Below, piece after piece: positions 6,800-15,867 of a stretch of DNA of 45,772 nucleotides. The notes under the pieces were generated by a model, which had not been told where the DNA came from, searched no databases, and saw only the letters and a program-made list of their open reading frames with translations. Source of the stretch: Verrucomicrobiota bacterium (lineage in GTDB: Bacteria > Verrucomicrobiota > Lentisphaeria > Lentisphaerales > Lentisphaeraceae). Within the stretch, counting starts at the first letter, position 1. The number at the start of each line of letters is the position of its first letter. Location: the NCBI GenBank assembly GCA_039798785.1, contig JBDKFG010000038.1, positions 1 to 45,772 on the forward strand. The letters are read 5' to 3'. The position numbers and the translations under genes were made by a program.

Positions 6800-9091
6800 C
6801 TAGAGCTTGACCTCGCCGCCCTCGGTTCCCGGATTCTCGCGCCGAAGTCTTTGGGCTTGCCGCACGAGCTCCAGGAGCTCGCCCTCGGCGAGGGGCAGTG
6901 CGTTCCTGAGGGCTTGGACCTCTTCCTTCTTTCCACGCTGAAGAGCCTGGACAAGCATCGCGACGGCGGCGGATTGCCGCCACTCCCGAGAGGGATCACG
7001 AGGCTCAACTGCCCAGTCACGCGAAATTACGCGGGCCTGTTGAGTCTCATCTCGGAAGTTCAAGCGCCACTTGAGCAGCCCGCCGGGAAGCGGTTTTTCT
7101 TTCAACCGCAGTTGGTAGAGGGCGATCGATTGCTGCCCGGCGCCGAGGGAGCCGCCGTCGCGAATCGGAGTGCCGGAGGTCGATTTCAAGTCGCGGCTGT
7201 CGTCGCCGAGGAGATGCCAGGAGCTGACTTGGCCGGGATCAAAAGTCAGGGAGGCGCGGAGATCGGAAACGCGGTTTTGCAGGGTTCCGACGAGCTCGGT
7301 GTCGAGGACGCGTCGGGCTTCGGCGTCGCAATCGATGTAAAGCGCCTGGCCGCGGCCGGCATCGGCGAGGCCTTCGCAGATCCTGTCGTTGAGAATGCCG
7401 CGGCCGAAGCCGAGGACGCTAAGGCAGACACCGGACTGGGCTTCTTTGGTCACCAGGTCGACCAGGTCTTGGCGCTCAATCAGGCCGAGGTTGAAGTCGC
7501 CGTCGCTGCACAGGAGGATGCGGTTGACGCCGTTCGGGATGAAGCCTTTGCGGGCTGTGTCGTAAGCGAGGCGGAGTCCTTCGGAACCGCAGGTGCCGCC
7601 GCTGCTTTGCAGGCTGTCTAGGACGGCTTGTTGTTGCTTCGGATCGGAGCTGCGTTCGAGCTGCAGTTTGGCGCTTTCCGCATAAGTCACCAGGGAGAGG
7701 TGATCCTGGGGACGAAGCTTGGCGATCAGTCGGTGCAGGGAGCTTTTGACCAGAGGGAGCTTGAGCGGATCGGCCATCGATTCCGAGGTGTCGATGAGGA
7801 GGGTCAGGTTGAGCGGCGGGAGTTCTTTTGCGGCGGGCGCAGCGATGGCGACACGCAGCAGGAGGTCCTTCGGCTGCCAGGGGCATGGCTGAGCTTCCAG
7901 CGACACCCCGAGTCCCTCGCCCGGGTGCGGCTGCGGCGCTTCGCCGGGGAAGGCGTTGAGCCATTCGGCAAGGCGGATGGAATCCACTGGCGGCAGCTCC
8001 CCGGCTTGCAGGAAACGACGGCCGTTGCTGAAGGAAAAGCGGTCGGCATCGGCGGCGAAGTGGGAGCTGAACGAGGTTTCTTGCCAGGTGTTGGCTTCGT
8101 GGTGGGGGTAGACTTCATCGCTGCCGCGCGATTTGGGAAGAAAGCGGTAATACACCGTCAGAGTCGCGGCGGCGAGCGCGGTGTTAAGGAGATCGGCGTC
8201 GGTTTTCGACCAGGTGCGTCCCATGGGTTCAGGGGCGAAATCGCTACTGGCCCAATGGCCGTCGGGCTGCTGCATTTTTCGCAGTCGCGGCTCAATCCAC
8301 TTTTGCCATGAGCGCCAAGTTGCGCCGCCCTGTTCAAAGGCGGCTTTGTAGGCCACGTATTGGAGGAAGAGGTCGCTGCCGACGACTTCGCCCTTGGGGA
8401 GGGAGAAGCGTTCGAGAAGAAGCTTGTAGCGCGGCGAATCGAAGATGTCACATTGTTGAAGATTGGCCCACTCGAGTTGCTGTCCGGAAATGCTGGCTCG
8501 CGGATGAGAACGGAGTTTGCTGGGATGGGCTTCGAGAGCGGCCAAGGCCTGCTTGAATCCAGTCCCTTTGAGCGACTTCAGGGCTTTCAGACAGAGGAAT
8601 TCCGTGCTCAGGGAAACAGGCGATTCAGTGGCGAAGCTTTTCTCGTGGCAGCGGCGCAGAAAACGGGGTAGGAAACGATTCAGGAGATCTTCGTACTTGT
8701 GGTCGGCGGTCATGGCGAAATGTTCGCTCAAGGCCCAGGTCAAGAGAGCTTCGTCGGCCAAGGGAGATTGGCTGTCGCCGAGCGCGAGGCGGCGCTCGGC
8801 CTCCGAGCTGAGATAGGCGGCGGACCTGCTCATCAAATCGCCATAGAGTTTACTGGTCGGAGTTTCGCCGTTGTCGAGGAAAGTGAGATGGATCCAGCCA
8901 GTGATCGGCAGGGGAGCCTCGTGACCCCAACTGCCATCGGAGTTTTGCGATAGGCGCAAGGACTTCAAGGCATGATTTTCGTATTGCAGACGAGTTTCGA
9001 GGGTGTCCGGCAACGGCGGCGGCGGTTCTTCGTCCTCGTGCTGCAGGCAGCCGCTGAAAAGTAGGGAGCTGAGGAGGAAGACTTGGCGCAT
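6800..9091 (-). CDS. Lipoprotein: prenyltransferase/squalene-cyclase-repeat-like domain fused to a YfbK-type von Willebrand factor A domain
   Basis: Lipobox LFSG-C; QW-like repeats QNSDGSWG and QQPDGHW; YfbK-type F+ADAD..S...RRFL..G.LPP.DSIRLAEWLNAF; MIDAS LLIDTSESM; SGGT; LCSDGDFNLG. Confidence 0.8.
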   Translation of the reverse strand: MRQVFLLSSLLFSGCLQHEDEEPPPPLPDTLETRLQYENHALKSLRLSQNSDGSWGHEAPLPITGWIHLTFLDNGETPTSKLYGDLMSRSAAYLSSEAERRLALGDSQSPLADEALLTWALSEHFAMTADHKYEDLLNRFLPRFLRRCHEKSFATESPVSLSTEFLCLKALKSLKGTGFKQALAALEAHPSKLRSHPRASISGQQLEWANLQQCDIFDSPRYKLLLERFSLPKGEVVGSDLFLQYVAYKAAFEQGGATWRSWQKWIEPRLRKMQQPDGHWASSDFAPEPMGRTWSKTDADLLNTALAAATLTVYYRFLPKSRGSDEVYPHHEANTWQETSFSSHFAADADRFSFSNGRRFLQAGELPPVDSIRLAEWLNAFPGEAPQPHPGEGLGVSLEAQPCPWQPKDLLLRVAIAAPAAKELPPLNLTLLIDTSESMADPLKLPLVKSSLHRLIAKLRPQDHLSLVTYAESAKLQLERSSDPKQQQAVLDSLQSSGGTCGSEGLRLAYDTARKGFIPNGVNRILLCSDGDFNLGLIERQDLVDLVTKEAQSGVCLSVLGFGRGILNDRICEGLADAGRGQALYIDCDAEARRVLDTELVGTLQNRVSDLRASLTFDPGQVSSWHLLGDDSRDLKSTSGTPIRDGGSLGAGQQSIALYQLRLKEKPLPGGLLKWRLNFRDETQQARVISRDWAVEPRDPSREWRQSAAVAMLVQALQRGKKEEVQALRNALPLAEGELLELVRQAQRLRRENPGTEGGEVKL

Positions 9092-9150
9092 GGGGGATTC
9101 CTTGTTGATCTTGCAATCAACAATAATGCGCGAAATCGACAAAATCAACA

Positions 9151-10527
9151 TCAACTCGGACTGGGGGCGGATTTCTCTTGCGCTTCAAAGCAGGAATCGA
9201 GTCCGCGGCGACGGAGGTGGAGGGCGAGGAGAAGAGCGTTGCCGGCGTGGTAGAGGATGTAGGCGCCGATGGTGATGATGACGCCGTTGGCGGCGGGGAT
9301 GTCGACGAGGAGGGGAATCATCGCCACTGGCAGGAGGGCGAGGAGGCCGCTGCTGATCAGGACGCGGGTGTCGCCGCTGCGCAGGACGAGGGAGTTGGCG
9401 ATCATCGAGGCGAGCTGGACCGGCACGACCAGGACGGTCCAGGGGAGGGCGGCGTAGGTGAGATCGAGAATGTGACGGTTGTCGACCCGCATCAGATCCT
9501 CGAAGAGGGATTCGCGCACGCCAGGCAGACAGAGACCGAGGATCGCCAGGCCGGTGAGCAGGCTGAGTCCGGCGAGGAAGCGCAAGACCAGGCGGAAGTG
9601 GGCGCGAGTGTCGGCGAAGCTGAGGATCAAAGGCTGGGCGACGAAGAGGAAGGAGAGCAAGACCCAGACGGTAGACTGGGTGAGGGAGTGACCGGCGAGG
9701 GCGGCTTCCGGATCGGCGACCGTTTGAATGATGACGAAACCCAAGGGGTGCAGGAGTTTGGCGATCAGCGTCGATCCCATCACCGGGAGGGCGAAGCGCC
9801 AGAGGGGCTGGAGAGGTTCCGGGGGCTGAGAGCTTTGTGCGGGGGTTTGGGGGAATCGGGGGCGGGAGAGCGCGAGGTTGAGGCTGGTTTCGGCGATGAT
9901 TCCGGCGCAGAAGCAGAGGCCGCCCATGACGGCGCCGCCGAAGGGCATTTCGAGGCTGACATAGGCCCAGACGAAGAGGCCCATGGCGACGAGCCGGGTG
10001 ACCGAGCTGAGTCCGACGACCCAGCTGCGGCGTTCGTTGATCGAGCCGGCCTGGAGGATGCCGCGCCAGCCGACGAGGAAGGGCAGGGGCGTGAAGGCGA
10101 GGAGCCCAGTGGCAGCCTCCTGCCGGACCAGAGGATCGGAGGCGCCGAGCAGCCTGCCGAAAAGCAAGTCTCGGACGGATGGGCACAGGCTGGGCAGGAC
10201 GAGCAGGAGCGAGCAGGTGCTCGCGGCGAGGGTGTAGAAGCGGAAGGTGGCGCGCAGCGAGAGGCGGTCGCGGACGCTGCGCAGGGCGACATTGCGCGAG
10301 GTGAGCAGCGGGCTGTAGAGGAGGATGGCGAGGACGAAGGCGAGGCTGAAAGAGGCGAGATGGATGCGCTCGGCGGCGGCGTCGAAGCGGTGCGAGATGC
10401 CATCGCCGATGAAGGGCGTGGCGCCGGCCATCATCAGGAAAGTCAGCATTAGCGGCAGGCTTTCGCGGACGAGAAGGCGCAAGGAGGTTTCCGGCCGCTC
10501 CTTGCCGGTCTGTGGCCGGCTGGTCAA
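9151..10527 (-). CDS. MOP/MATE-superfamily transporter, ANKH-like
   Basis: About 12 hydrophobic segments in two halves (ESLPLMLT / RFALPVMGS); LASFSLAF...SPL...RNVAL resembles the N-terminal segment of ANKH. Confidence 0.7.
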   Translation of the reverse strand: MTSRPQTGKERPETSLRLLVRESLPLMLTFLMMAGATPFIGDGISHRFDAAAERIHLASFSLAFVLAILLYSPLLTSRNVALRSVRDRLSLRATFRFYTLAASTCSLLLVLPSLCPSVRDLLFGRLLGASDPLVRQEAATGLLAFTPLPFLVGWRGILQAGSINERRSWVVGLSSVTRLVAMGLFVWAYVSLEMPFGGAVMGGLCFCAGIIAETSLNLALSRPRFPQTPAQSSQPPEPLQPLWRFALPVMGSTLIAKLLHPLGFVIIQTVADPEAALAGHSLTQSTVWVLLSFLFVAQPLILSFADTRAHFRLVLRFLAGLSLLTGLAILGLCLPGVRESLFEDLMRVDNRHILDLTYAALPWTVLVVPVQLASMIANSLVLRSGDTRVLISSGLLALLPVAMIPLLVDIPAANGVIITIGAYILYHAGNALLLALHLRRRGLDSCFEAQEKSAPSPS

Positions 10528-10533
10528 GACGGA

Positions 10534-10905
10534 TCAGTCTTCGTCGCCGGCCACCTGGTCGAAGCGGCCTTCGGCGATGCCTTTCTTGGTGTCGGCGACG
10601 GCGGCGGCGAGGGCGTCGAGAGCGGCGAGGTTCTTGTCGCAGCCGAGGTTGTGGATGGCCATCAGGAGGCAGTAGGGCGGAACTTGCGGCTTGTCCTTGG
10701 TGCCGCGGGAGAAGACGATGAGGCCGTCGAGGAAGGCGAGGTAGTCGTTCATCTCCAGCTCCTGGAAGTTCTTGTGGGAGCTGGCGACCATCCAGGCGCC
10801 GATCTGGCTGAGCTTGACATCGCGGCCGCCGAGGCGGAAGACTTCCTGGACTTCAGGACGCTTGAGATTGAAGGCGATGGTGGTTTTCTTGAAGGCGGTG
10901 TTCAT
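10534..10905 (-). CDS. DUF1456 (YehS-like) family protein
   Basis: N.AFKK..IAFNLK..EVQEVF.LGG..V..SQI.AW....HKNFQE......AFLDGLI...RG fits the DUF1456 pattern. Confidence 0.7.
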   Translation of the reverse strand: MNTAFKKTTIAFNLKRPEVQEVFRLGGRDVKLSQIGAWMVASSHKNFQELEMNDYLAFLDGLIVFSRGTKDKPQVPPYCLLMAIHNLGCDKNLAALDALAAAVADTKKGIAEGRFDQVAGDED

Positions 10906-10992
10906 GCGGTGATCTCGTGTTGTTGCGGAGGCCGCAAGATCCCCCCAAGCGCCCATTTGTCCACTGGCGGCGGTGAAAAGCGGAAGTGCAGC

Positions 10993-11083
10993 CAGAACCA
11001 CGAATGAAAACGAATCAGTAAGTGACTTCATTCTCGGCGGCGCTCCCTCCATTCGTGTGGATTCGTGTCCATTCGTGGTTCTG
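10993..11083. repeat. Periodic inverted-repeat element (24-bp arms)
   Basis: cagaaccacgaatgaaaacgaatc (10993-11016) vs gattcgtgtccattcgtggttctg (11060-11083), 22/24 complementary; attcgtg recurs at a 10-nt period. Confidence 0.85.
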
Positions 11084-11176
11084 TATTCGTCTTGCCTCTG
11101 GGGACTTGCCCTACAGGCGAAGCCAAGTAAGTTCCGCCATCTCAAAACCAGAACCTTGAAGAGTGTGATTTTTCTC

Positions 11177-12298
11177 ATGAAAACCATCGGCATCATCGGC
11201 GGCGGCCAACTTGGCAAAATGATGGTCCAAGCGGCCAAAACCCTCGGCTTCACCGTCGTCGTCCTCGATCCCTACCCCAATTCCCCCGCCGGCCAGGTGG
11301 CCGACCGCGAGATCACCGGTTCCCTGGCCGATCCGGTCAAGCTCCGCGAGCTGGTCACCCAGTGCGACTTCACCACCTACGACATCGAACACATCGAGAC
11401 AAGTGAGCTGATCCGACTCGCGGACGAAGGACACATCATCCGTCCCGACCCCCGCGTCCTCGCCTTGACCCAGGACAAATTGACCCAGAAACAGAGGCTT
11501 CTCGATTCCGGCCTGGCGGTGCCGGCCTTCGTCAAGCTGGAATCGCGGGATCCGCAAGAATTCCGTCAATTCGGCTTTCCCCTGGTGCAGAAGACTCGCA
11601 AGGGCGGATATGACGGCAAGGGCGTGATGCTGATGCGTAGCGAAGCCGATCTGGCCAAGGTCTTGCCGGGCGACTCGATGCTCGAGCGCTGTGTCGACAT
11701 TGATCTTGAACTGGCGGTGATGACGGTGCGCGGCGCGGATGGCGAAGTGCGCTCCTATCCGACCGTGGAGATGACCTTCGACTCGCGTTGCAACGCCCTC
11801 GACACCGTGATCGTCCCGGCCCGGATCAGCCCCGAGCTCGACGCCGCGGCGCAGAAGCTGGCTCGCCAGTGCATCGATGCCCTCGGCGGCGTCGGCATCT
11901 TCGGGGTCGAGATGTTCCTCGACAAACAAGGCCGCCTCTCGGTCAACGAAGTCGCGCCGCGTCCCCACAATTCCGGCCACTACACCATCGAGGCCTGCGT
12001 CACTTCGCAGTTCGAGCAGCACATCCGCGCCGTCGCCGGCCTGCCCCTGGGCGACTGCAGCCAGATCCGTGCCACGGTGTCGATGAATCTCCTCGGCGAG
12101 CCCGGCTTCTCCGGTCCCCCCGTGGTGCGCGGCCTGGAAGAGTCGCTGGCCTTGCCGGGTGTGCATTTCCATCTCTACGGCAAGCCCGAGACCCGCCCCC
12201 TTCGCAAGATGGGCCATGTCACCGTCACCGCAGCCAATCTGGGCGAGGCCTTGCGCCTGGCCGATCGGGTGAAAGCGGTTCTGCGGATCGAGGCTTGA
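11177..12298 (+). CDS. purK: N5-carboxyaminoimidazole ribonucleotide synthase
   Basis: IGIIGGGQLGKMM, QDKLTQK, KTRKGGYDGKG, NEVAPRPHNSGHYTIEAC.TSQFEQHIRA, HLYGK...RKMGH. Confidence 0.97.
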   Translation: MKTIGIIGGGQLGKMMVQAAKTLGFTVVVLDPYPNSPAGQVADREITGSLADPVKLRELVTQCDFTTYDIEHIETSELIRLADEGHIIRPDPRVLALTQDKLTQKQRLLDSGLAVPAFVKLESRDPQEFRQFGFPLVQKTRKGGYDGKGVMLMRSEADLAKVLPGDSMLERCVDIDLELAVMTVRGADGEVRSYPTVEMTFDSRCNALDTVIVPARISPELDAAAQKLARQCIDALGGVGIFGVEMFLDKQGRLSVNEVAPRPHNSGHYTIEACVTSQFEQHIRAVAGLPLGDCSQIRATVSMNLLGEPGFSGPPVVRGLEESLALPGVHFHLYGKPETRPLRKMGHVTVTAANLGEALRLADRVKAVLRIEA

Positions 12299-12302
12299 GG
12301 AC

Positions 12303-12740
12303 ATGGAACTCGCCACCAACCGGAAAGCCCATCACGACTTCGCCATCCTGGAGAAGTACGAAGCCGGCATCGAGCTGCTCGGCACCGAGGTGAAATCCTG
12401 CCGCAAGCGGAGCATCTCCCTGCAGGAAGGCTGGATCGCGATCGAGAAAGGCCAGGCCTGGCTGATGCAGGTGCACATCTCCACCTACGAACAGGGCAAC
12501 ATCAACAACCACGAGCCGGTGCGCAAACGCCGCCTCCTGATGCACAAGCGCGAGATCCGCCGGATCGCCGCCCAGATGGAGCAGAAGGGACTCACCCTGG
12601 TGCCCCTGTCCTTCTACCTGAAGAACGGGATGATCAAGGTCTGCCTCGGCCTCGCCAAGGGCAAGAACACCGTCGACAAGCGCCAGGACATGCGCAAGAA
12701 GGACGCCGACATGGAAATCCGCAAGGCGATGAAGCGCTGA
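12303..12740 (+). CDS. smpB: SsrA-binding protein
   Basis: NRKAHHDF.ILEKYEAGIELLGTEVKS, NHEPVRKRRLLMHKREI, GLAKGK..DKR. Confidence 0.97.
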   Translation: MELATNRKAHHDFAILEKYEAGIELLGTEVKSCRKRSISLQEGWIAIEKGQAWLMQVHISTYEQGNINNHEPVRKRRLLMHKREIRRIAAQMEQKGLTLVPLSFYLKNGMIKVCLGLAKGKNTVDKRQDMRKKDADMEIRKAMKR

Positions 12741-12762
12741 GCAGTTCGAGCTCAATCAAGAT

Positions 12763-12868
12763 TTCACCTCGAAGACACGAAGATTGCGAAGTCAGGAATT
12801 TGCGGGCCTATTTTTGAGCTCCATTCGAGCGGTATCCTTCTTCGTGCCCTTCGTGTCTTAGTGGTGAA
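12763..12868. repeat. Periodic inverted-repeat element (20-bp arms)
   Basis: ttcacctcgaagacacgaag (12763-12782) vs cttcgtgtcttagtggtgaa (12849-12868), 18/20 complementary; cgaag/cttcg recurs at a 9-nt period. Confidence 0.85.
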
Positions 12869-12956
12869 TGAGCTTCTTTTCAGTCCCGCCCCCTTGCCTC
12901 GCGCCCCGGCAGGGGCATAGTTGCCGGACATCATTTCCAGCAGCGGGAGAATCATC

Positions 12957-14207
12957 ATGGGCGTTTTCGATTTCGAGCCGGGCCGCGAAGGCTACTTTGG
13001 TCAATACGGCGGCTGCTTCGTGCCGGAGATCCTCCGTGCCACCGTCGAAGAGCTCCGCCTCAACTTCCGCGACGCCAAGAACGATCCCGCCTTCTGGCAG
13101 GAATACGTCACCCTGATGCAGGAATACTCCGGCCGCCCCACCCCGATCACGCCGCTGCGCAACCTCTCCGCCCGCCTCGGCGGCGCCCAGATCTACGTCA
13201 AGCGCGAAGACCTCAACCACACCGGTTCGCACAAGGTCAACAACGTCATGGGCCAGGGCCTGATCTGCAAGCGCCTCGGCAAGAAGCGGATCATCGCCGA
13301 GACCGGTGCCGGCCAGCACGGCTTCGCCACCGCCACCATGTGCGCCCGGATGGGCTTCGAATGCACCATCTACATGGGCGCCGTCGACGTCGCCCGCCAG
13401 CGTCCCAACGTCTTCTGGATGGAGCGCATGGGCGCCAAGGTCGTCGCCGTCACCGACGGCCAGCAGACCCTCAAGGACGCGATCAACGAAGCGATGCGTG
13501 ACTGGGTCACCAACATGGCCGACACCCACTACGCGCTCGGCACCGCCTGCGGCCCGCACCCCTTCCCGGAGATCGTCTCCTACTTCCAGTCGATCGTCGG
13601 CATCGAGGCCCGCGAGCAGATCCTCAAGATCGCCGGCAAGCTGCCCGACGCGGTCTACGCCTGCGTCGGCGGCGGCTCCAACGCGATGGGCCTGTTCCAG
13701 GGCTTCATCGACGACCCGCAGGTCGAACTGGTCGCCTCGGAAGCCGGCGGCCACGGCCCCGGCCCGGGTAAACACGCCGCCCGCCTCGCCTACCCCGACG
13801 CCACCGTCGGCATCGCCCAGGGCTACAAGACCGTCTTCATCCAGAACGACGAAGGCCAGATGCTCGACACCCACTCGGTCGCCGCCGGCCTCGACTACAT
13901 CGGCGTCTCGCCGATCCTCGCCCACCTGCACGACACCCAGCGCGTCCGCTTCACCGCCGCCACCGACAACGAAGTGCGCGAAACGCTGCAACTGGTGATG
14001 AAGACCGAAGGCCTCATCCCCGCCCTCGAATCGACCCACGCCTTCGTCGCCGCCCTCCGCGACGCCCCGAAGATGCGCAAGGACCAGGTCATCCTGATCA
14101 ACCAGTCCGGCCGCGGCGACAAGGACATCTTCACCATCGCCGAAGCGCTTGATGACGCCGCCTGGAAGGACTTCATCGGCCAGCGGGCGGCGATCTACAA
14201 GCGCTGA
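12957..14207 (+). CDS. trpB: Tryptophan synthase beta chain
   Basis: GYFGQYGG.FVPE, KREDLNHTGSHKVNN (PLP lysine), AETGAGQHG, CVGGGSNAMG, SVAAGLDY, EGLIPALESTHA, NQSGRGDKD. Confidence 0.97.
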   Translation: MGVFDFEPGREGYFGQYGGCFVPEILRATVEELRLNFRDAKNDPAFWQEYVTLMQEYSGRPTPITPLRNLSARLGGAQIYVKREDLNHTGSHKVNNVMGQGLICKRLGKKRIIAETGAGQHGFATATMCARMGFECTIYMGAVDVARQRPNVFWMERMGAKVVAVTDGQQTLKDAINEAMRDWVTNMADTHYALGTACGPHPFPEIVSYFQSIVGIEAREQILKIAGKLPDAVYACVGGGSNAMGLFQGFIDDPQVELVASEAGGHGPGPGKHAARLAYPDATVGIAQGYKTVFIQNDEGQMLDTHSVAAGLDYIGVSPILAHLHDTQRVRFTAATDNEVRETLQLVMKTEGLIPALESTHAFVAALRDAPKMRKDQVILINQSGRGDKDIFTIAEALDDAAWKDFIGQRAAIYKR

Positions 14208-14223
14208 ATTCTCTGCTACTTCT

Positions 14224-14245
14224 ACTGGATCGCCGGCGATCCAGT
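14224..14245. promoter_or_regulatory. Perfect 22-bp palindrome between trpB and the ATPase gene
   Basis: actggatcgccggcgatccagt equals its own reverse complement; function unknown (hairpin or operator). Confidence 0.5.
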
Positions 14246-14283
14246 GGAAAAACAGCTAAACACCATTTCGGAATTACACCACC

Positions 14284-15303
14284 ATGACGACCAGCAAACA
14301 GCGGCTTTTCAGTGAAGTGGAGATCCGCAATTTCCGCGGTCTGGTGCATCTGCAGGCGACCGATTTTAAGCCGGTCAACCTCATCATCGGCCAGAATAAC
14401 TCCGGCAAGACTTCCTTCCTCGAAGCACTTTACTTCCTCGCCGGGGCGAAATTGGCCAATATCTTTGCCCAGCTCAACGGCCTCAGGAACTTCAATCTCA
14501 TTCTGCCTGATGCGGGGAATGTCGGCATCTTGTGGCACAATGCCTTCTGCAAGACCAATCAGGCGGATTACTTCCAGATCATAGCCAAAGGAAGCAAGTC
14601 CTTTGAGGTGACCGTTCGCCAAGTGACCTCGAATAGCGTTGTCAATGCCAGCTCAGAGTTCAAGGATCTCCAATTCAGAGTCAGCAATGGCAAAACCGTC
14701 AACGAATGCCGGATCAAAGCCAATGGCCAAATCGAGGCAACTCCTTTCACTTCCGAAGTGCAACTGCCGTTGGTGACATTCCTCTCCAGTACCTCAAGAA
14801 TCGGCGAAGACATCTCGCATCTCCGGATCCAGGGACTATATCCAGAGTATATCAAGACCGTCCGTCATCTCGTACAAGACCCGGATTTCGATTTGCAATA
14901 TCTGCCCCACGGCCCGAATAACCTGCTCTATGCGCAATCCAAATCTGGCTTCCTGCCGATCCAATTCTACGGCGATGGCACGCAGCGCATCTGCACCCTC
15001 GTGGCAGCCATCATGCGCTCGCAAAACGGCGTCCTCCTGATCGACGAAATCGAAAACGGTGTCCATTACAGCAAGCTGACTGAACTCTGGCAAGTCCTCT
15101 GCCAGCTGACGGAGAAATTCAACACTCAAATCTTTGCCACCACCCACAGCTATGAGTGCTTGGAGAAATTCTGCGCCGCAACGCCCGCTGATTGTGACAT
15201 GGGCGTTCTCAAGTTCGTTCAGCGTGAAGGTCATCACAAGGTCTTCAATTTCTCTCAAAATGAACTTGCGGCTCTACTCGCCAGCGATCATGAGGTGCGT
15301 TGA
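14284..15303 (+). CDS. ABC-type/AAA_15-AAA_21 family ATPase
   Basis: IRNFRGL start, Walker A GQNNSGKT, signature-like YGDGTQR, Walker B LLIDEIENGVH, H-loop ATTHS; lower GC than the flanking trp genes. Confidence 0.9.
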   Translation: MTTSKQRLFSEVEIRNFRGLVHLQATDFKPVNLIIGQNNSGKTSFLEALYFLAGAKLANIFAQLNGLRNFNLILPDAGNVGILWHNAFCKTNQADYFQIIAKGSKSFEVTVRQVTSNSVVNASSEFKDLQFRVSNGKTVNECRIKANGQIEATPFTSEVQLPLVTFLSSTSRIGEDISHLRIQGLYPEYIKTVRHLVQDPDFDLQYLPHGPNNLLYAQSKSGFLPIQFYGDGTQRICTLVAAIMRSQNGVLLIDEIENGVHYSKLTELWQVLCQLTEKFNTQIFATTHSYECLEKFCAATPADCDMGVLKFVQREGHHKVFNFSQNELAALLASDHEVR

Positions 15304-15857
15304 TGCATCAAGTCATTGAACATCCCAAGGTCATCATCGTCGAGGGCAAAGACGACCTGTTCGCCGTGCGGGAAATCCTGAACGCCCAGTCGCGTTACGA
15401 CATCACGGTTCTGTTTGCCGGCAGCAAAACGCAACTGGTTGCCACCGCCCGCAATGCCCTGATGCAGGAGGTCCGAGTCCGAAAAATCCTGCTGATTTCG
15501 GACGCTGACGAAAATCCCGAAGATGCGATGAAATCCCTACACTCGGCGCGACAGAAGATCCTCAAGCTGGATCCGGAGGTCGAAAGCGGCGCTTTTGTCA
15601 TTCCTCAAGATCAGGCGGGAGCTCTGGAAAACCTGCTCCTGCAATCCTTGAAGAAGCCTTCCAGCTCCTGTGCGCACAATTTCGCAGCCTGCCTCGCCGG
15701 GAACCAGGCTCAAACAGGCAAGGCAGCCTTCTACGCCACTCTCATCGAACACGGCCACGCCCCGCTCATCCAGCGCAATCTCCTGCAGGCCTGCTGCGAC
15801 TTCCATCACCCCTGCTGGGATCCTCTGAAAGCCAAAATCACTGAATTCTTCAAATAA
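15303..15857 (+). CDS. TOPRIM-like protein, DUF3226 type
   Basis: IIVEGKDD (TOPRIM E), ISDAD (DxD), P....GALENLLL, K A....L, DF.HP...PLK..I; TGATG coupling to the ATPase. Confidence 0.75.
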   Translation: MHQVIEHPKVIIVEGKDDLFAVREILNAQSRYDITVLFAGSKTQLVATARNALMQEVRVRKILLISDADENPEDAMKSLHSARQKILKLDPEVESGAFVIPQDQAGALENLLLQSLKKPSSSCAHNFAACLAGNQAQTGKAAFYATLIEHGHAPLIQRNLLQACCDFHHPCWDPLKAKITEFFK

Positions 15858-15867
15858 CGGAACCCCC

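Noticed and set aside
12741..12956. tmRNA next to smpB, or a trp attenuator/T-box before trpB
   Set aside because: No tRNA-like ends, no Trp-codon leader peptide and no T-box motif seen; the region is explained by an inverted-repeat element
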